Positions 1 through 10,355 of a stretch of 63,979 bases of DNA are shown in pieces. Every line of letters starts with the position of its first letter. The stretch's first letter is position 1. Under the pieces are notes generated by a model. It was not told where the DNA came from and did no database searches. It saw only the letters and a program-made list of their open reading frames with translations. The position numbers were made by a program, and so were the translations under genes. This DNA is from Chthonomonas calidirosea (GTDB taxonomy: Bacteria > Armatimonadota > Fimbriimonadia > Fimbriimonadales > Fimbriimonadaceae): assembly GCA_945859975.1 (NCBI GenBank), contig CAMAPH010000012.1, positions 1-63,979 of the forward strand, written 5' to 3'.

Positions 1-936
1 GAGAACGTCAACTCTGCAGGCCCGCTGTTCAGCGCGAATCTGAAAAAGAATGAACCGGCGCGGTTGCTGTATCACCACCAGAACACGGCTTCGTTCCCAT
101 TGTTCATTCGCATTCAAGCGGTCAACGACTCGGATTTGCCGGCGCGAGTACTGATCCTTCCAGGAGACAGCGATCCCGACAAGAACCCGGTCCGCGCTGG
201 ATTGAAGGCCGGTTTGCAGTACATGAAAGCCTGGGCCGCCGGTAGTGGTGATGTCGTTACGATCCCGCCGCGAAGCACGATGCCGATTTCACTTCGGCGT
301 CTTGGCAACATGGAAACGGTTTCCGGATTGTGCAGCCTGCGGCTAATTGATGGACCGGAATCTGTGCTTGTTCGGACCGACTCCTGGCCGCCATTCAACC
401 TTGATCGCCGATGGGCAACCGCAATTGAGAGCACAACCCCTTGGCGCGAGGTTGGCTGCAACCCGATCAACGATTACGACCAGGCTCCGTATCAGCTTTC
501 CGACCACATCTACCCCGATCCATACAAGCAGCTGAAGGTCCAGTATCGATTCGGCGAGAATTGGAAGTTCTTTAAAATTGGCGAGAAGCCGATTTCAGGT
601 TCGGACAACCAGCGCGTGCTGAGCGGAAACTTTGGCGTCGTCTACAACATCACCGGCGAGATCATCAATCCGACCTCCGAGCCGATTGAGATCGAGCTCG
701 TCTTCGAGGCTTCGGCGGGCTACTCGGGCGCGCTGTTCCTCGTTAATGGCGTTCTGAAAGAGACCCCTTTGCTGCAACCAAAGGCCGAATATCGCATCGA
801 AAAGTTTCGTTTGCTCGGAAACGACGTAAAGAGATTTGAACTTATGACGATTCCGCTTTCCGGGAGTAGCTATCCCGCCCAGCTCACCATTCGTCCCCTC
901 CAGACCCTCAGCACCGGCGTTATAGGAGGGAAGTAA
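1..936 (+). CDS. Hypothetical protein, 5'-truncated at window edge
   Basis: Frame 1 is open from base 1 to TAA at 934-936; the stop overlaps the next ATG (TAATG). Confidence 0.75.
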   Translation, partial: ENVNSAGPLFSANLKKNEPARLLYHHQNTASFPLFIRIQAVNDSDLPARVLILPGDSDPDKNPVRAGLKAGLQYMKAWAAGSGDVVTIPPRSTMPISLRRLGNMETVSGLCSLRLIDGPESVLVRTDSWPPFNLDRRWATAIESTTPWREVGCNPINDYDQAPYQLSDHIYPDPYKQLKVQYRFGENWKFFKIGEKPISGSDNQRVLSGNFGVVYNITGEIINPTSEPIEIELVFEASAGYSGALFLVNGVLKETPLLQPKAEYRIEKFRLLGNDVKRFELMTIPLSGSSYPAQLTIRPLQTLSTGVIGGK

Positions 937-1790
937 TGGATCCTTCGATGAAGGTCATCTTCGACCTCTTCCACCAGCCGCAAGGCGAGCTGACGGAAGA
1001 AGGCATTCAGCGTCGTAACAAGGAAGGCAAAGATGCCGCCGAATCGCGTGAGCTCGGGCAGCAGTGCCTGAACGATGGCGACTACGATGCCGCCGTCAAG
1101 CACTTCCGCCGCGCCGCCGAACAACGCGATGCAGACGATCCGACCCACCTGCTGGACCTCGCTGACGCGCTGACCTTCGGCGATGAGTTGCCTGCGGCGT
1201 ACAAGAACTTTGAGCGCGCCTTGCGGATCAAGGAGTCGGCGGAGCCGCATCTTGGTCTGGGCGACATCTGCAAGCGGTACGGACGATATCGCGACGCCAT
1301 CGAGCACCTGCAACGCGCAATTGACCTTGAGCCCGATCAGCCGCAGAACCACTTCAAACTCGCCGAAACGTTGGCCGAGCTAGGTGAAAAGAAGCGTGCG
1401 CTGCAGGCAATCCAATATGCCATCGCGCTGAAGCCAGACGAGTCGTTCTATCACTTCTGGACGGCCGAGTTGCTTGCTCGCATGGGGAGGGTGGATGAAG
1501 CCCTGGAGTCGTATCGAGCGGCGATTGAGCTTTCGCCCGGCGACGACCATCTGTATCTTCGGGCCGCCGTGGCCTTCTGGCGCGCGAAGAAGGTTATCGA
1601 GGCCGTGAAAGCCATTCGGCTTGCGAGCGACCTTGATCCGGATAAGTTGATTTACCGAGGATTTCTCGCGATCATGTTGGACCGAGATGGACGTCCTGCC
1701 GAGGCGGAGCCGGAGAAGAAGCTGGCGAACAAGATGGACGCCTACGACCGCGACCTTCTTAACCGGATCATCAAAGAAATCGACGGCTAA
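936..1790 (+). CDS. Tetratricopeptide repeat protein
   Basis: Several TPR-like units (e.g. AIEHLQRAIDLEPD, ALESYRAAIELSPGD); GGAGG upstream. Confidence 0.9.
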   Translation: MDPSMKVIFDLFHQPQGELTEEGIQRRNKEGKDAAESRELGQQCLNDGDYDAAVKHFRRAAEQRDADDPTHLLDLADALTFGDELPAAYKNFERALRIKESAEPHLGLGDICKRYGRYRDAIEHLQRAIDLEPDQPQNHFKLAETLAELGEKKRALQAIQYAIALKPDESFYHFWTAELLARMGRVDEALESYRAAIELSPGDDHLYLRAAVAFWRAKKVIEAVKAIRLASDLDPDKLIYRGFLAIMLDRDGRPAEAEPEKKLANKMDAYDRDLLNRIIKEIDG

Positions 1791-1792
1791 AT

Positions 1793-3247
1793 CTAAAGTC
1801 CGCGCTGCGCCGTTTCGATCGCCGAGAGCGCGGCGCGGGCTTTGTTTTTGCTCTCGTTGTATTCGAGCGTCGGGTCGCTATCGAACACCACGCCACCACC
1901 GGCTTGTACGTACGCCATGCCGTTCTTCAGCAAAATCGTGCGCAAGGTGATGCACATGTCGAGGTCGCCGCTGTTTGAGAGGAAGCCGACCGATCCGGCG
2001 TAGCTTCCACGGCGATTCGGCTCCAGCTCGTCGATAATCTGCATTGCGCGAATCTTTGGTGCGCCAGTGACGGTGCCCGCCGGGAAGGTCGCGCGGAGCA
2101 GGTCCAGGGCGTTTTTGCCTTCTCGCAGTTCGCCGGTGACGTCCGAAACGATGTGCATGACGTGGCTGTAGCGCTCGATGACCATCAGTTCGTTCACGTG
2201 GACGGTGCCGTATTCGCAGACTCGCCCGAGGTCGTTGCGGCCTAGGTCGATCAGCATCACGTGCTCAGCGCGTTCTTTCTCGTCTCCAATCAGTTCGGCT
2301 GCCAGGGCGTCATCTTCCGCTTCCGATTTGCCGCGCCACCGGGTGCCGGCGATGGGGCGAACCCGGGCTTTCCGACCGTGCAGGCTCACGAGAATTTCTG
2401 GTGAAGCGCCGACGAGATCGAAGTCGCCGAGCCGGAGCAGGAACATATATGGCGAAGGATTGATGCTGCGCAAGGATCGATAGACGGTGAGCGGGTGTGC
2501 GGCGACGGCGGTCTGGAATCGCTGGGAGGGCACCATCTGGAAGCCGTCACCGGCCTTGATGTACTCGCGCATCGACGAGACCATCTGCTCGAAACCTTCC
2601 TGGGTCACATTCGACGCCACCGAGTTGACCGGGAACGCGCCCGCCGGCAACGCTGGAAGCGGGCCGGCTAACCGCTCAATAATCGCCTCAATCTTGGCCA
2701 CCGCGTCCTCGTATCCCGCCTCACTTCCATCAGCCTGCGAGACAATCCGAATCCGGTTCTTGGCGTGGTCGAACACTACGACGGTGTCGACGATCATCAT
2801 TGCCATGTCGGGCAGGTTCAGGTCGTCCTCCGTGCTGTCCGGCAACTTTTCGAAATATCGCACCAGGTCGTAGGCGCACATTCCCACCGCTCCGCCGGTG
2901 AAAGTCGGCAGACCTTCGACCTTGATCGGTGGCTCGGTGCCGACCGCTTCCTCCAAAAGATGTAGCGGATCTTGCCCCGGGGCCAGTTCAAACTCCCGCG
3001 TAAACGTCTTGGCTTGGCCGTTCTTCACCCGAATCAGGTCGCGCGGCAACGTGCCAATAAACGAGTACCGCGCAAGCTGCTCGCCGCCCGTAACGCTCTC
3101 GAGCAGAAAGCTATGCGGCTGATCATAGGCCAACTTCCAATAAGCGCTGACGGGCGTTTCGATGTCCGCCAGAATGTCGTGGACAACGGGCATGGCGCGA
3201 CAACCTTCGGTTTGAAGCAAATATTCGTCGCGACTCGGGAACGGCAT
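1793..3247 (-). CDS. trpE: Anthranilate synthase component I
   Basis: Motifs LLES, RSINPSPYM, RPIAGTR, KERAEHVMLIDLGRND, TFPAGTVTGAPKIRAM. Confidence 0.93.
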   Translation of the reverse strand: MPFPSRDEYLLQTEGCRAMPVVHDILADIETPVSAYWKLAYDQPHSFLLESVTGGEQLARYSFIGTLPRDLIRVKNGQAKTFTREFELAPGQDPLHLLEEAVGTEPPIKVEGLPTFTGGAVGMCAYDLVRYFEKLPDSTEDDLNLPDMAMMIVDTVVVFDHAKNRIRIVSQADGSEAGYEDAVAKIEAIIERLAGPLPALPAGAFPVNSVASNVTQEGFEQMVSSMREYIKAGDGFQMVPSQRFQTAVAAHPLTVYRSLRSINPSPYMFLLRLGDFDLVGASPEILVSLHGRKARVRPIAGTRWRGKSEAEDDALAAELIGDEKERAEHVMLIDLGRNDLGRVCEYGTVHVNELMVIERYSHVMHIVSDVTGELREGKNALDLLRATFPAGTVTGAPKIRAMQIIDELEPNRRGSYAGSVGFLSNSGDLDMCITLRTILLKNGMAYVQAGGGVVFDSDPTLEYNESKNKARAALSAIETAQRGL

Positions 3248-3294
3248 ACCGCTTCATTATCCCGCCTTCGCTGGGTCGCGTTCATAATGGGAGC

Positions 3295-3888
3295 ATGGAA
3301 CCGTTTGGACGTCACACCGGCAAAGTCGCGGTGGTGCCCGGAGACCAGGTGGATACCGACCGCATTATCCCCGCCCGCTTCCTCAGCCGAATCGAGCGAC
3401 CGGGTTACGGCGAGTTGCTGTTCGCCGACATTCGCGGTCCAGAGTTTGCGCTTGACCTTCCGGAGACCGCCGGAGCGAGCGTGATGATTGTGGGAACGAA
3501 CTTCGGCTGCGGCTCGAGCCGGGAACATGCGGTTTGGGCGATTCAACAGGCCGGGTTCCGCGTTGTCATCAGCCGGGTCGATTCTGACTCTCCCGGTTTC
3601 AGCGACATCTTTCGCCAAAACGCGGCCAACAACGGGCTATTGCTGATTGAACTAGGTCCATCTGACCACGCCGTGCTCGCGGCCTTGAACAATGGGGCCG
3701 AAGTGACCGTCGACCTTCTGGAGAACACGATCTTGGTTGGAGAGACGTTGATTCCGTTTCGCGTGGACGAAGGGAATCGGCAAGCGATCTTGGAAGGTCG
3801 CGACTTGATCGGAACGACTTTGGTCTTCGAACCTCAAATATCTGCCTATGAAGCAACTACAAAAGCCTTTGTCCCTTCTCGCGGTTAG
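3295..3888 (+). CDS. leuD: 3-isopropylmalate dehydratase small subunit
   Basis: VDTDRIIPARFL and NFGCGSSREHAVWA motifs. Confidence 0.93.
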   Translation: MEPFGRHTGKVAVVPGDQVDTDRIIPARFLSRIERPGYGELLFADIRGPEFALDLPETAGASVMIVGTNFGCGSSREHAVWAIQQAGFRVVISRVDSDSPGFSDIFRQNAANNGLLLIELGPSDHAVLAALNNGAEVTVDLLENTILVGETLIPFRVDEGNRQAILEGRDLIGTTLVFEPQISAYEATTKAFVPSRG

Positions 3889-4327
3889 CGCCGTGCTCGG
3901 CCTTGTGGTCGCTTCTGATAATCCAAATCGGATTTATCAGCTCAACGACCTGAAGAAGGTCAGCTTTGCCCACGGGAGCCATAAGATCACCGCTTACGTT
4001 TGCGACACCGATTCGAAGCGGCAAGAGGGAATGATGTTCCTTACCGCGAGCGAGGTGAAGAACACGGAAGGGTTCCTGTTCGTGTTCCCAAGCGCGGCGC
4101 CACGAAGCTTCTGGATGCGGAACACGGTGCTGCCGCTGGACATCATCTATCTGGATGCCGCCGGGAAGGTGCTGAACATTCAGAAAGGGAAGCCGTACCT
4201 CGAGTCGGGTCTGCCGAGTTCTGGGTCGAGTCAATATGTGCTTGAGCTGAGGCAGGGAATGGCGTCGAAGTTCGGGATCAAGCCGGGTGTGAAGCTGAAG
4301 TTGCCGGCGGTTCGTGCGGTTGAGTGA
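3848..4327 (+). CDS. DUF192 family exported protein
   Basis: Signal-like N-terminus; GMMF, SFWMRNTVLPLDIIYLD, YVLEL motifs. Confidence 0.88.
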   Translation: MKQLQKPLSLLAVSAVLGLVVASDNPNRIYQLNDLKKVSFAHGSHKITAYVCDTDSKRQEGMMFLTASEVKNTEGFLFVFPSAAPRSFWMRNTVLPLDIIYLDAAGKVLNIQKGKPYLESGLPSSGSSQYVLELRQGMASKFGIKPGVKLKLPAVRAVE

Positions 4328-4644
4328 GTGGTTATTTGGCTGAGATTGGAGCGAGAATGACGCTTGAGATTGCCTTGGACATTTTGATTGCATTTGAGTG
4401 CGCGGTTGCGGGCTTTTTCACACTGCTCCTCATCAGCCAAGGGAAGGACGTCCCCGTGCCAGGTTTTGTTTGGGTGATCGGAATGCCCGTGTTAATCTAT
4501 CGACTAGGTAGGATGACCATCCTGTCCGAAATGAGTACGACTGTTCAGATCCTTTTTGCATTTGGGCTAGCCCTTTTTTATGTTTGGTATTTGCAACGGT
4601 TGAGTAAGCGACCAGGCAACAGCAACGCGTCTTTGCTGGAGTGA
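4324..4644 (+). CDS. Small hypothetical membrane protein
   Basis: Three hydrophobic segments; GTGA overlap with the DUF192 stop. Confidence 0.55.
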   Translation: MSGYLAEIGARMTLEIALDILIAFECAVAGFFTLLLISQGKDVPVPGFVWVIGMPVLIYRLGRMTILSEMSTTVQILFAFGLALFYVWYLQRLSKRPGNSNASLLE

Positions 4645-4898
4645 GTGGTCAGGACGAGAGGGCTCTTGCGTTCCGTTCGTTCCGTAGCCGCGAATGGCAG
4701 TTTTGAAAAAGCGGTGTCTTAATTCGGCTGCACTGGGCTCGAGGGTTGCTTCTTCGGCCAGATTGGCGAATCCGGGTTGGATACCGGTGTACGATGGTCA
4801 CAATAACATGACGACATGTTTGTTGCGTAATGATGCGGGGTCTGGCATGTCAAGTGACGAATCTCCTGGAGTGTCGAAATGGACTCGACTTGCTTAAG

Positions 4899-5228
4899 AT
4901 GGAACAGCCGTTGAATCCGTGGGATCCTAGCAAAACGGTGAGGGCGATGCGATGGATGTTGCTTCTGATTCACACGATGTGTATTGGCGTAGTTGTCGTA
5001 AGCATTTATCGGCTCTTCGATGGCGAATCTGATCAGTGGGTTGGAATCATTATTAGTTTGGTGACTTGGGTCTTTGTTCAATATGCATTCGTGAAAGGAA
5101 AGGAACACCCGTATTGTCTTGTAAGGACCATAGGCGTACTTCGGATTGTTAGGATGTGTGGCGTTTTGATGCTTGTGCATCGCTCGGCGATGGAGCACGC
5201 GGATGATTCCGACGGCACGAAAGAGTAG
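4899..5228 (+). CDS. Small hypothetical membrane protein
   Basis: Hydrophobic segments, lower GC than flanks; start uncertain (4830 or 4899). Confidence 0.45.
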   Translation: MEQPLNPWDPSKTVRAMRWMLLLIHTMCIGVVVVSIYRLFDGESDQWVGIIISLVTWVFVQYAFVKGKEHPYCLVRTIGVLRIVRMCGVLMLVHRSAMEHADDSDGTKE

Positions 5229-5503
5229 GCCCCGACTTTGGACTCGGATATGGCTGTTGCTCTGATTGAAGCGCCGTTAAGCCATAGATGCGCGAGGTTC
5301 CTCATCTCTGCGCCGTTCTCGGTTGGACGGAGAACGAGGTGTACATTTCCACACGGGTCCGTTTGAATTTGTCTTCCTTGATTGACGTTTCCCTACCACA
5401 AGCCAAACGGATTGTTGGATAGCGCCGAACACCCAACGAAGCGGTGGAGCCGGCCGCACTCAGAGGGCAGGTAAAAGTGCCGTGTGATGTGCAATTCTAG
5501 GGC

Positions 5504-7504
5504 ATGCTCTCGCTGATCGGAGTTAGCCTCGCAATGAATGCATCAAATTTTCGACCCCCATCCGTGCCTTTGATCGTCCACGATCCTTATTTCAGCGTTT
5601 GGAGCGGGTCGGATAAGTTGACCGACGACTGGTCTCGCCATTGGACGGGGTCGACGATGGCGATGGTGGGGATTGTGCGGATTGACGGGAAGCCGTACCG
5701 GTTTTGTGGATCGCCGAACGTTGACGTTCCGGCGTTGAATCAGGTGGGCGTTGAGGTGCGGGCGACGACGACGGCTTACACCTTCGAAGGCGCCGGGGTT
5801 CGGCTGCACGTTGATTTCTTCTCGCCTTCGTTCATCGACGATCTTGATGTTTTATCGCGACCAGTCGCGTTCGTTCGGTTCCGCTATGAGAGCGCGGATG
5901 GCAAGCGGCACGAGGTCAAGACTTACTTCGACACCACGGCCGAGTGGGTGGTGAATCGCACCGACCAGAAAGTGACCTGGGGACGAGTGAAGGTTGCCGG
6001 GCGAGATGCCCTGCGGATCGGCACCCAAGAGCAGCCGATTTTGCAGAAGCGCGGCGATGACCTGCGAATTGATTGGGGCAGCATGTTTGTAGTTCCTCCG
6101 TCCGGCGCCGAGTCGGCGATTGGAGCAGATCGGGCAGCCCGGGATTCGTTTATTAAGGACGGAGACTTACCGACGAGCGACGATTTGCGAATGCCACGAC
6201 CGGCGAACGACTCCTGGCCGGTGCTGAGTTCGGTTTTCGAGATGGAAGCAGGGAAGAGCCAATCGGTTCTACTTGCTTACGACGATCAGTTTTCGCTTGA
6301 ATGGTTCAACCGACCTGTGCCAGCGTATTGGCGGCGAACGGGTGAGAGCTTCGAATCTCTGCTGGAGGGCGCGGTTCGTTCGGAAGCGGCTTGGGTGACA
6401 AAGGGCGCGAAGGTCGATGCCCAGATTAGCAAAGACGCCGAAGCGGCCGGAGGCGAGAAGTTCGCCGACCTCGCGAATCTGTCGTATCGGCAGGCGCTTG
6501 GAGCACACAAGATCGTCGCGGACATTGACGGCAAGCCGATGATGTTCTCCAAAGAGAACTTCAGCAATGGCTGCATTGGGACGGTAGACGTTCTTTATCC
6601 GGCGGCGCCGATTATGCTGGCCTACAACCCAGAAATGCTGGAAGCGAACCTGCGACCGCTGTTCATTTATGCCAGCTTGCCGCGCTGGAAGTGGGATTTT
6701 GCCCCGCACGACCTCGGCACTTATCCGCTTGCAAATGGGCAGGTTTATGGCGGCGGCGAGAAGACCGAAGAGAACCAGATGCCGGTGGAAGAGAGCGGCA
6801 ATATGCTGATTCTGGCGGCGGCGCTGGTGGAGAAGGGCGGCTCGAAGGCGTTTATCCGCGAGTATTTGCCGGTGCTGGATAAGTGGGCGAAGTATCTGAT
6901 GGACAAGGGTCTTGACCCAGACAACCAGCTTTGCACCGACGACTTTGCGGGGCACTTGGCGCACAACGCGAACCTGAGTTTGAAGGCGATTGTCGCGCTT
7001 GGCGCTTATGCCGGGCTGCTTGACGATCTTGGGGTTTCGAAAGAGCGAAGTGCCACAGTACGAAAGGCCGCAGAGAAGATGGCGACGGAGTGGGTGAAGC
7101 TGGCCGACGATGGCGACCACTTCCGACTGGCGTTCGATAAGCCGGGCAGCTGGAGCCAAAAGTACAACCTGGTTTGGGACAAGGTGCTCGGACTGAAGTT
7201 GTTCCCGAAGACGGTCTATACGAAGGAGCTTGCTTATTATCAGAAGCAACTAGGAAAGTACGGTTTGCCGCTTGATAACCGAAAGGGCTACACGAAGCTG
7301 GACTGGTGCGTTTGGACGGCTTGCTTGGCCGATTCTCGGTCGGAGTTCGATGCGCACGTGGCGCCGCTTTGGAAGATGGCCAACGAGTCGCCTTCGCGGG
7401 TGCCGTTGACCGACTGGTACGAAACCGGCGATGGACGACAGGTCGGTTTCCAGGCGCGATCGGTGGTTGGCGGCGTCTTTATGCCGTTGTTGCTGAAGAA
7501 GTAA
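5504..7504 (+). CDS. Glutaminase A (GtaA)-like / DUF4965-DUF5127 family six-hairpin protein
   Basis: RPPSVPLIVHDPYFSVWS, SKENFSNGCIGTVDV, APHDLGTYP, MPVEESGNMLI, QLCTDDFAG, WSQKYNLVWD, QARSVVGG. Confidence 0.88.
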   Translation: MLSLIGVSLAMNASNFRPPSVPLIVHDPYFSVWSGSDKLTDDWSRHWTGSTMAMVGIVRIDGKPYRFCGSPNVDVPALNQVGVEVRATTTAYTFEGAGVRLHVDFFSPSFIDDLDVLSRPVAFVRFRYESADGKRHEVKTYFDTTAEWVVNRTDQKVTWGRVKVAGRDALRIGTQEQPILQKRGDDLRIDWGSMFVVPPSGAESAIGADRAARDSFIKDGDLPTSDDLRMPRPANDSWPVLSSVFEMEAGKSQSVLLAYDDQFSLEWFNRPVPAYWRRTGESFESLLEGAVRSEAAWVTKGAKVDAQISKDAEAAGGEKFADLANLSYRQALGAHKIVADIDGKPMMFSKENFSNGCIGTVDVLYPAAPIMLAYNPEMLEANLRPLFIYASLPRWKWDFAPHDLGTYPLANGQVYGGGEKTEENQMPVEESGNMLILAAALVEKGGSKAFIREYLPVLDKWAKYLMDKGLDPDNQLCTDDFAGHLAHNANLSLKAIVALGAYAGLLDDLGVSKERSATVRKAAEKMATEWVKLADDGDHFRLAFDKPGSWSQKYNLVWDKVLGLKLFPKTVYTKELAYYQKQLGKYGLPLDNRKGYTKLDWCVWTACLADSRSEFDAHVAPLWKMANESPSRVPLTDWYETGDGRQVGFQARSVVGGVFMPLLLKK

Positions 7505-7535
7505 TCTGCCTCACGAATTACGGTAAACCACGGAG

Positions 7536-10355
7536 ATGGGATTTTCCCCGTCTTCGTGGTTTCGCGCATTTGTTGTCGCGGCCGTTTGTACTGGCTCGAA
7601 CGTTGCGCTTGCGGCGGAGCGAATCAACTTCGATTCTGGCTGGAAGTTCGCGCTCGGGCACGCCTCCGACGCGAAGAAGGATTTCGGGTTTAGCAGCGGA
7701 TCGTTTAGCGCGTTCGGAAAGGCGGGCACGGATGCGGGACCGATTGGTTTGGCGACGAGCGACGCCGATTGGCGCACGATTGATTTGCCCCACGACTGGG
7801 CAGTTGAGCTACCGTTTGACCCGACGTCGGATCTCATGCACGGCTTCAAGCCAGTCGGTCGCGACTTTCCGCAGAACTCGATCGGTTGGTATCGCAAGTC
7901 GTTCGAGGTTCCGGTGGCGGACAAAGATAAGCGCATCCGCATCACTTTTGACGGGATTTACCGGGATGCGTACGTTTGGATCAACGGCCATTTGCTCGGG
8001 CGGAATGAGTCGGGGTACATCGGCCAGACCTACGATCTGACGGATTTTGTGAAGTACGGAAGCCGGAACGTGATCGCGGTTCGTGCGAACGCGAGCGACT
8101 TTGAAGGCTGGTTTTACGAAGGCGCGGGGATTTACCGGCACGTATGGCTGACCAAGTCCGAGCCAGTACATTTTGTAGAGGACGGGGTTGCGGTCACGCC
8201 GGTGGTGCTTGGGAACGCGGCGGAGGTCGTAGTGAACGCCGAGGTGCGGAACGACTCGGACGCCGCGGTTTCTCAGCGCTTGAAGGTTGTCCTTCGGGAT
8301 CGAACGGGGAAGGCGGTCGGCGAGAGCACGGGCGCGTCCGTGCGGATTGGCGCGAATCAGACGGCGTCCGTTTCGGCGCGAGTGAAGGTGGCTAAGCCAA
8401 GCCTTTGGTCCATCGAGGATCCTTACTTGTACACGGCGGATGTTTCCACGCCGACGGATGCGTATCGAACGCGGATTGGCTTCCGCACCGTCGTTTTTGA
8501 TCCTGATAAGGGGCTTTTGCTGAACGGCAAAGTCGTGCGGATTCAGGGCACTTGCAACCACCAGGACCACGCGGGGGTTGGGGCGGCGATTCCGGATTCG
8601 CTCAACGTTTGGCGCATCAAGCAGCTCAAGGGTTTTGGTTGCAATGCGTACCGCAGCAGCCACAACCCGCCGACACCGGAGGTTCTGGACGCTTGCGACC
8701 GGCTTGGGATGCTCGTTTTGGACGAGACGCGGATGTTTGGTTCAGGGCCCGAAGCGCTATCGCAGCTGACGCGGCTGGTCAAGCGCGACCGGAACCACGC
8801 GAGCGTGATTTTCTGGTCGATCGGAAACGAGGAATGGGGCACCCAAAATTCGCCGGAATCAGCTCGGATCGCGAAGACGATGATGAACGCGATTCGCGAG
8901 CTCGACCCGACGCGGCCGGTGACTTTTGGCGCGAACAACGGCGGCGAGCTCAACGGCATTAATTCCGTGGTGGACGTTCGCGGGTTCAACTACAACCTCG
9001 GCGGGCTGGATTCTTATCACAAAGCTCGGCCGAAGCAGCACATTCACGGTAGCGAAGTTGGAAGCACGGTAACGACGCGAGGCGAGTATTTGGACGACCC
9101 GAAGAAGGCGTACGTGGCGGCTTACGATGTTCAGCGGTTGAGTTGGGGCTCGACGGCGGAGGCTTGGTGGAAGACGACGTTGGAGCGGCCGTGGTTCTCG
9201 GGTGGGTTTGTTTGGACGGGTTTTGACTACCGCGGGGAGCCGACGCCTTACGGCTGGCCGAACGTGAATAGCCATTTTGGGATTCTGGACACGTGCGGAT
9301 TCGAGAAAGATCTGGCCTTCTACTACAAGGCCTGGTGGACCGATCAGCAGGTGCTGCATGTGTTGCCGCATTGGAATCGTCCGAAAGATCCTTCGAAGCC
9401 AGTCGATGTCTGGGTGTTCTCAAACCACGACGCGGTTGAGTTGTTCTTGAACTCAAAGAGCTTGGGCAAGCAGAGCATGGTGCGGGGTGGGCATTTGGAG
9501 TGGAAGGTTCCTTATGCTCCTGGTTCTTTAAAGGCGGTGGGTTACCGGGACGGCAAGATTGCGCAGGAAACCCTGATTCAAACCACGGGTCCGGCGGCGC
9601 GGATTCTGCTCGAAATTGATCGCGGAACGTCGCTTTCGGAGTTCAACGACACGGTACCGGTGACGGTGAAGGTGGTTGACGCCGATGGACGCATCGTGCC
9701 GGAGGCGGACCAGAATATCCAGTTCGAAACCATCGGGTCCGGGAAAATCATTGGAGTCGGAAACGGAGATCCGAGCAGTCATGAGCCGGACGTGTACTTA
9801 GCCAAGCCCAACGCCGCGGTAATCGGTGGCTGGAAGATGACGATGGCAGATGGCGACCCGCTGAAGCTGGCTGTCGCTAAGCCGGACTTTGATACCGCGG
9901 GTTGGCGACCGGCTGATTTGGGCCAGAACCAATTGCGGCCGGGAGAGCAAGGCGTTTTCCGTACGCGGTTCGATGGTGGCTTGGTGAAATCGCCGATGTC
10001 GCTTTCCGTAGGCCCGATTGATGACCTCGGCTGGGTGTTCTTGAATGGCGAACTGCTGGGTACCACGAAGGAGTGGAATGCGAGTCACTCGTTCCGAGTG
10101 GACGGGAAAATCTTGAACGGCGTGAATGAGCTTGCGATCGTGGTGAAGAACACGGGCGGCGAAGGCGGATTTACGGGAGGGCTGCGACTTGTCGGGCCGG
10201 ATACTTTGCCAACTTGGAGCCGAAGCGTGTTCCACGGGCTGGCGCAAGTGATTGTTCAGGCGAACAAGAATGCGGCGGGTTCGCTGGTGATTCGCGCGAA
10301 GGGTAAGGGGCTGGAATCGGCCGAACTTTCGATTCCGATTTTGGTGATCAACTAG
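7536..10355 (+). CDS. Glycoside hydrolase family 2 (beta-galactosidase-like), secreted
   Basis: Signal peptide; LPHDW, WFYEGAGIYRHV, NHQDHAGVG, RSSHNPP, WSIGNEE (acid/base), WTGFDYRGEPTP. Confidence 0.93.
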   Translation: MGFSPSSWFRAFVVAAVCTGSNVALAAERINFDSGWKFALGHASDAKKDFGFSSGSFSAFGKAGTDAGPIGLATSDADWRTIDLPHDWAVELPFDPTSDLMHGFKPVGRDFPQNSIGWYRKSFEVPVADKDKRIRITFDGIYRDAYVWINGHLLGRNESGYIGQTYDLTDFVKYGSRNVIAVRANASDFEGWFYEGAGIYRHVWLTKSEPVHFVEDGVAVTPVVLGNAAEVVVNAEVRNDSDAAVSQRLKVVLRDRTGKAVGESTGASVRIGANQTASVSARVKVAKPSLWSIEDPYLYTADVSTPTDAYRTRIGFRTVVFDPDKGLLLNGKVVRIQGTCNHQDHAGVGAAIPDSLNVWRIKQLKGFGCNAYRSSHNPPTPEVLDACDRLGMLVLDETRMFGSGPEALSQLTRLVKRDRNHASVIFWSIGNEEWGTQNSPESARIAKTMMNAIRELDPTRPVTFGANNGGELNGINSVVDVRGFNYNLGGLDSYHKARPKQHIHGSEVGSTVTTRGEYLDDPKKAYVAAYDVQRLSWGSTAEAWWKTTLERPWFSGGFVWTGFDYRGEPTPYGWPNVNSHFGILDTCGFEKDLAFYYKAWWTDQQVLHVLPHWNRPKDPSKPVDVWVFSNHDAVELFLNSKSLGKQSMVRGGHLEWKVPYAPGSLKAVGYRDGKIAQETLIQTTGPAARILLEIDRGTSLSEFNDTVPVTVKVVDADGRIVPEADQNIQFETIGSGKIIGVGNGDPSSHEPDVYLAKPNAAVIGGWKMTMADGDPLKLAVAKPDFDTAGWRPADLGQNQLRPGEQGVFRTRFDGGLVKSPMSLSVGPIDDLGWVFLNGELLGTTKEWNASHSFRVDGKILNGVNELAIVVKNTGGEGGFTGGLRLVGPDTLPTWSRSVFHGLAQVIVQANKNAAGSLVIRAKGKGLESAELSIPILVIN

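Noticed and set aside
6269..9456. Long antisense ORFs (326, 284, 170 aa and others) inside the GtaA-like and GH2 genes
   Set aside because: Shadow ORFs expected from high-GC codon bias; no recognisable motifs
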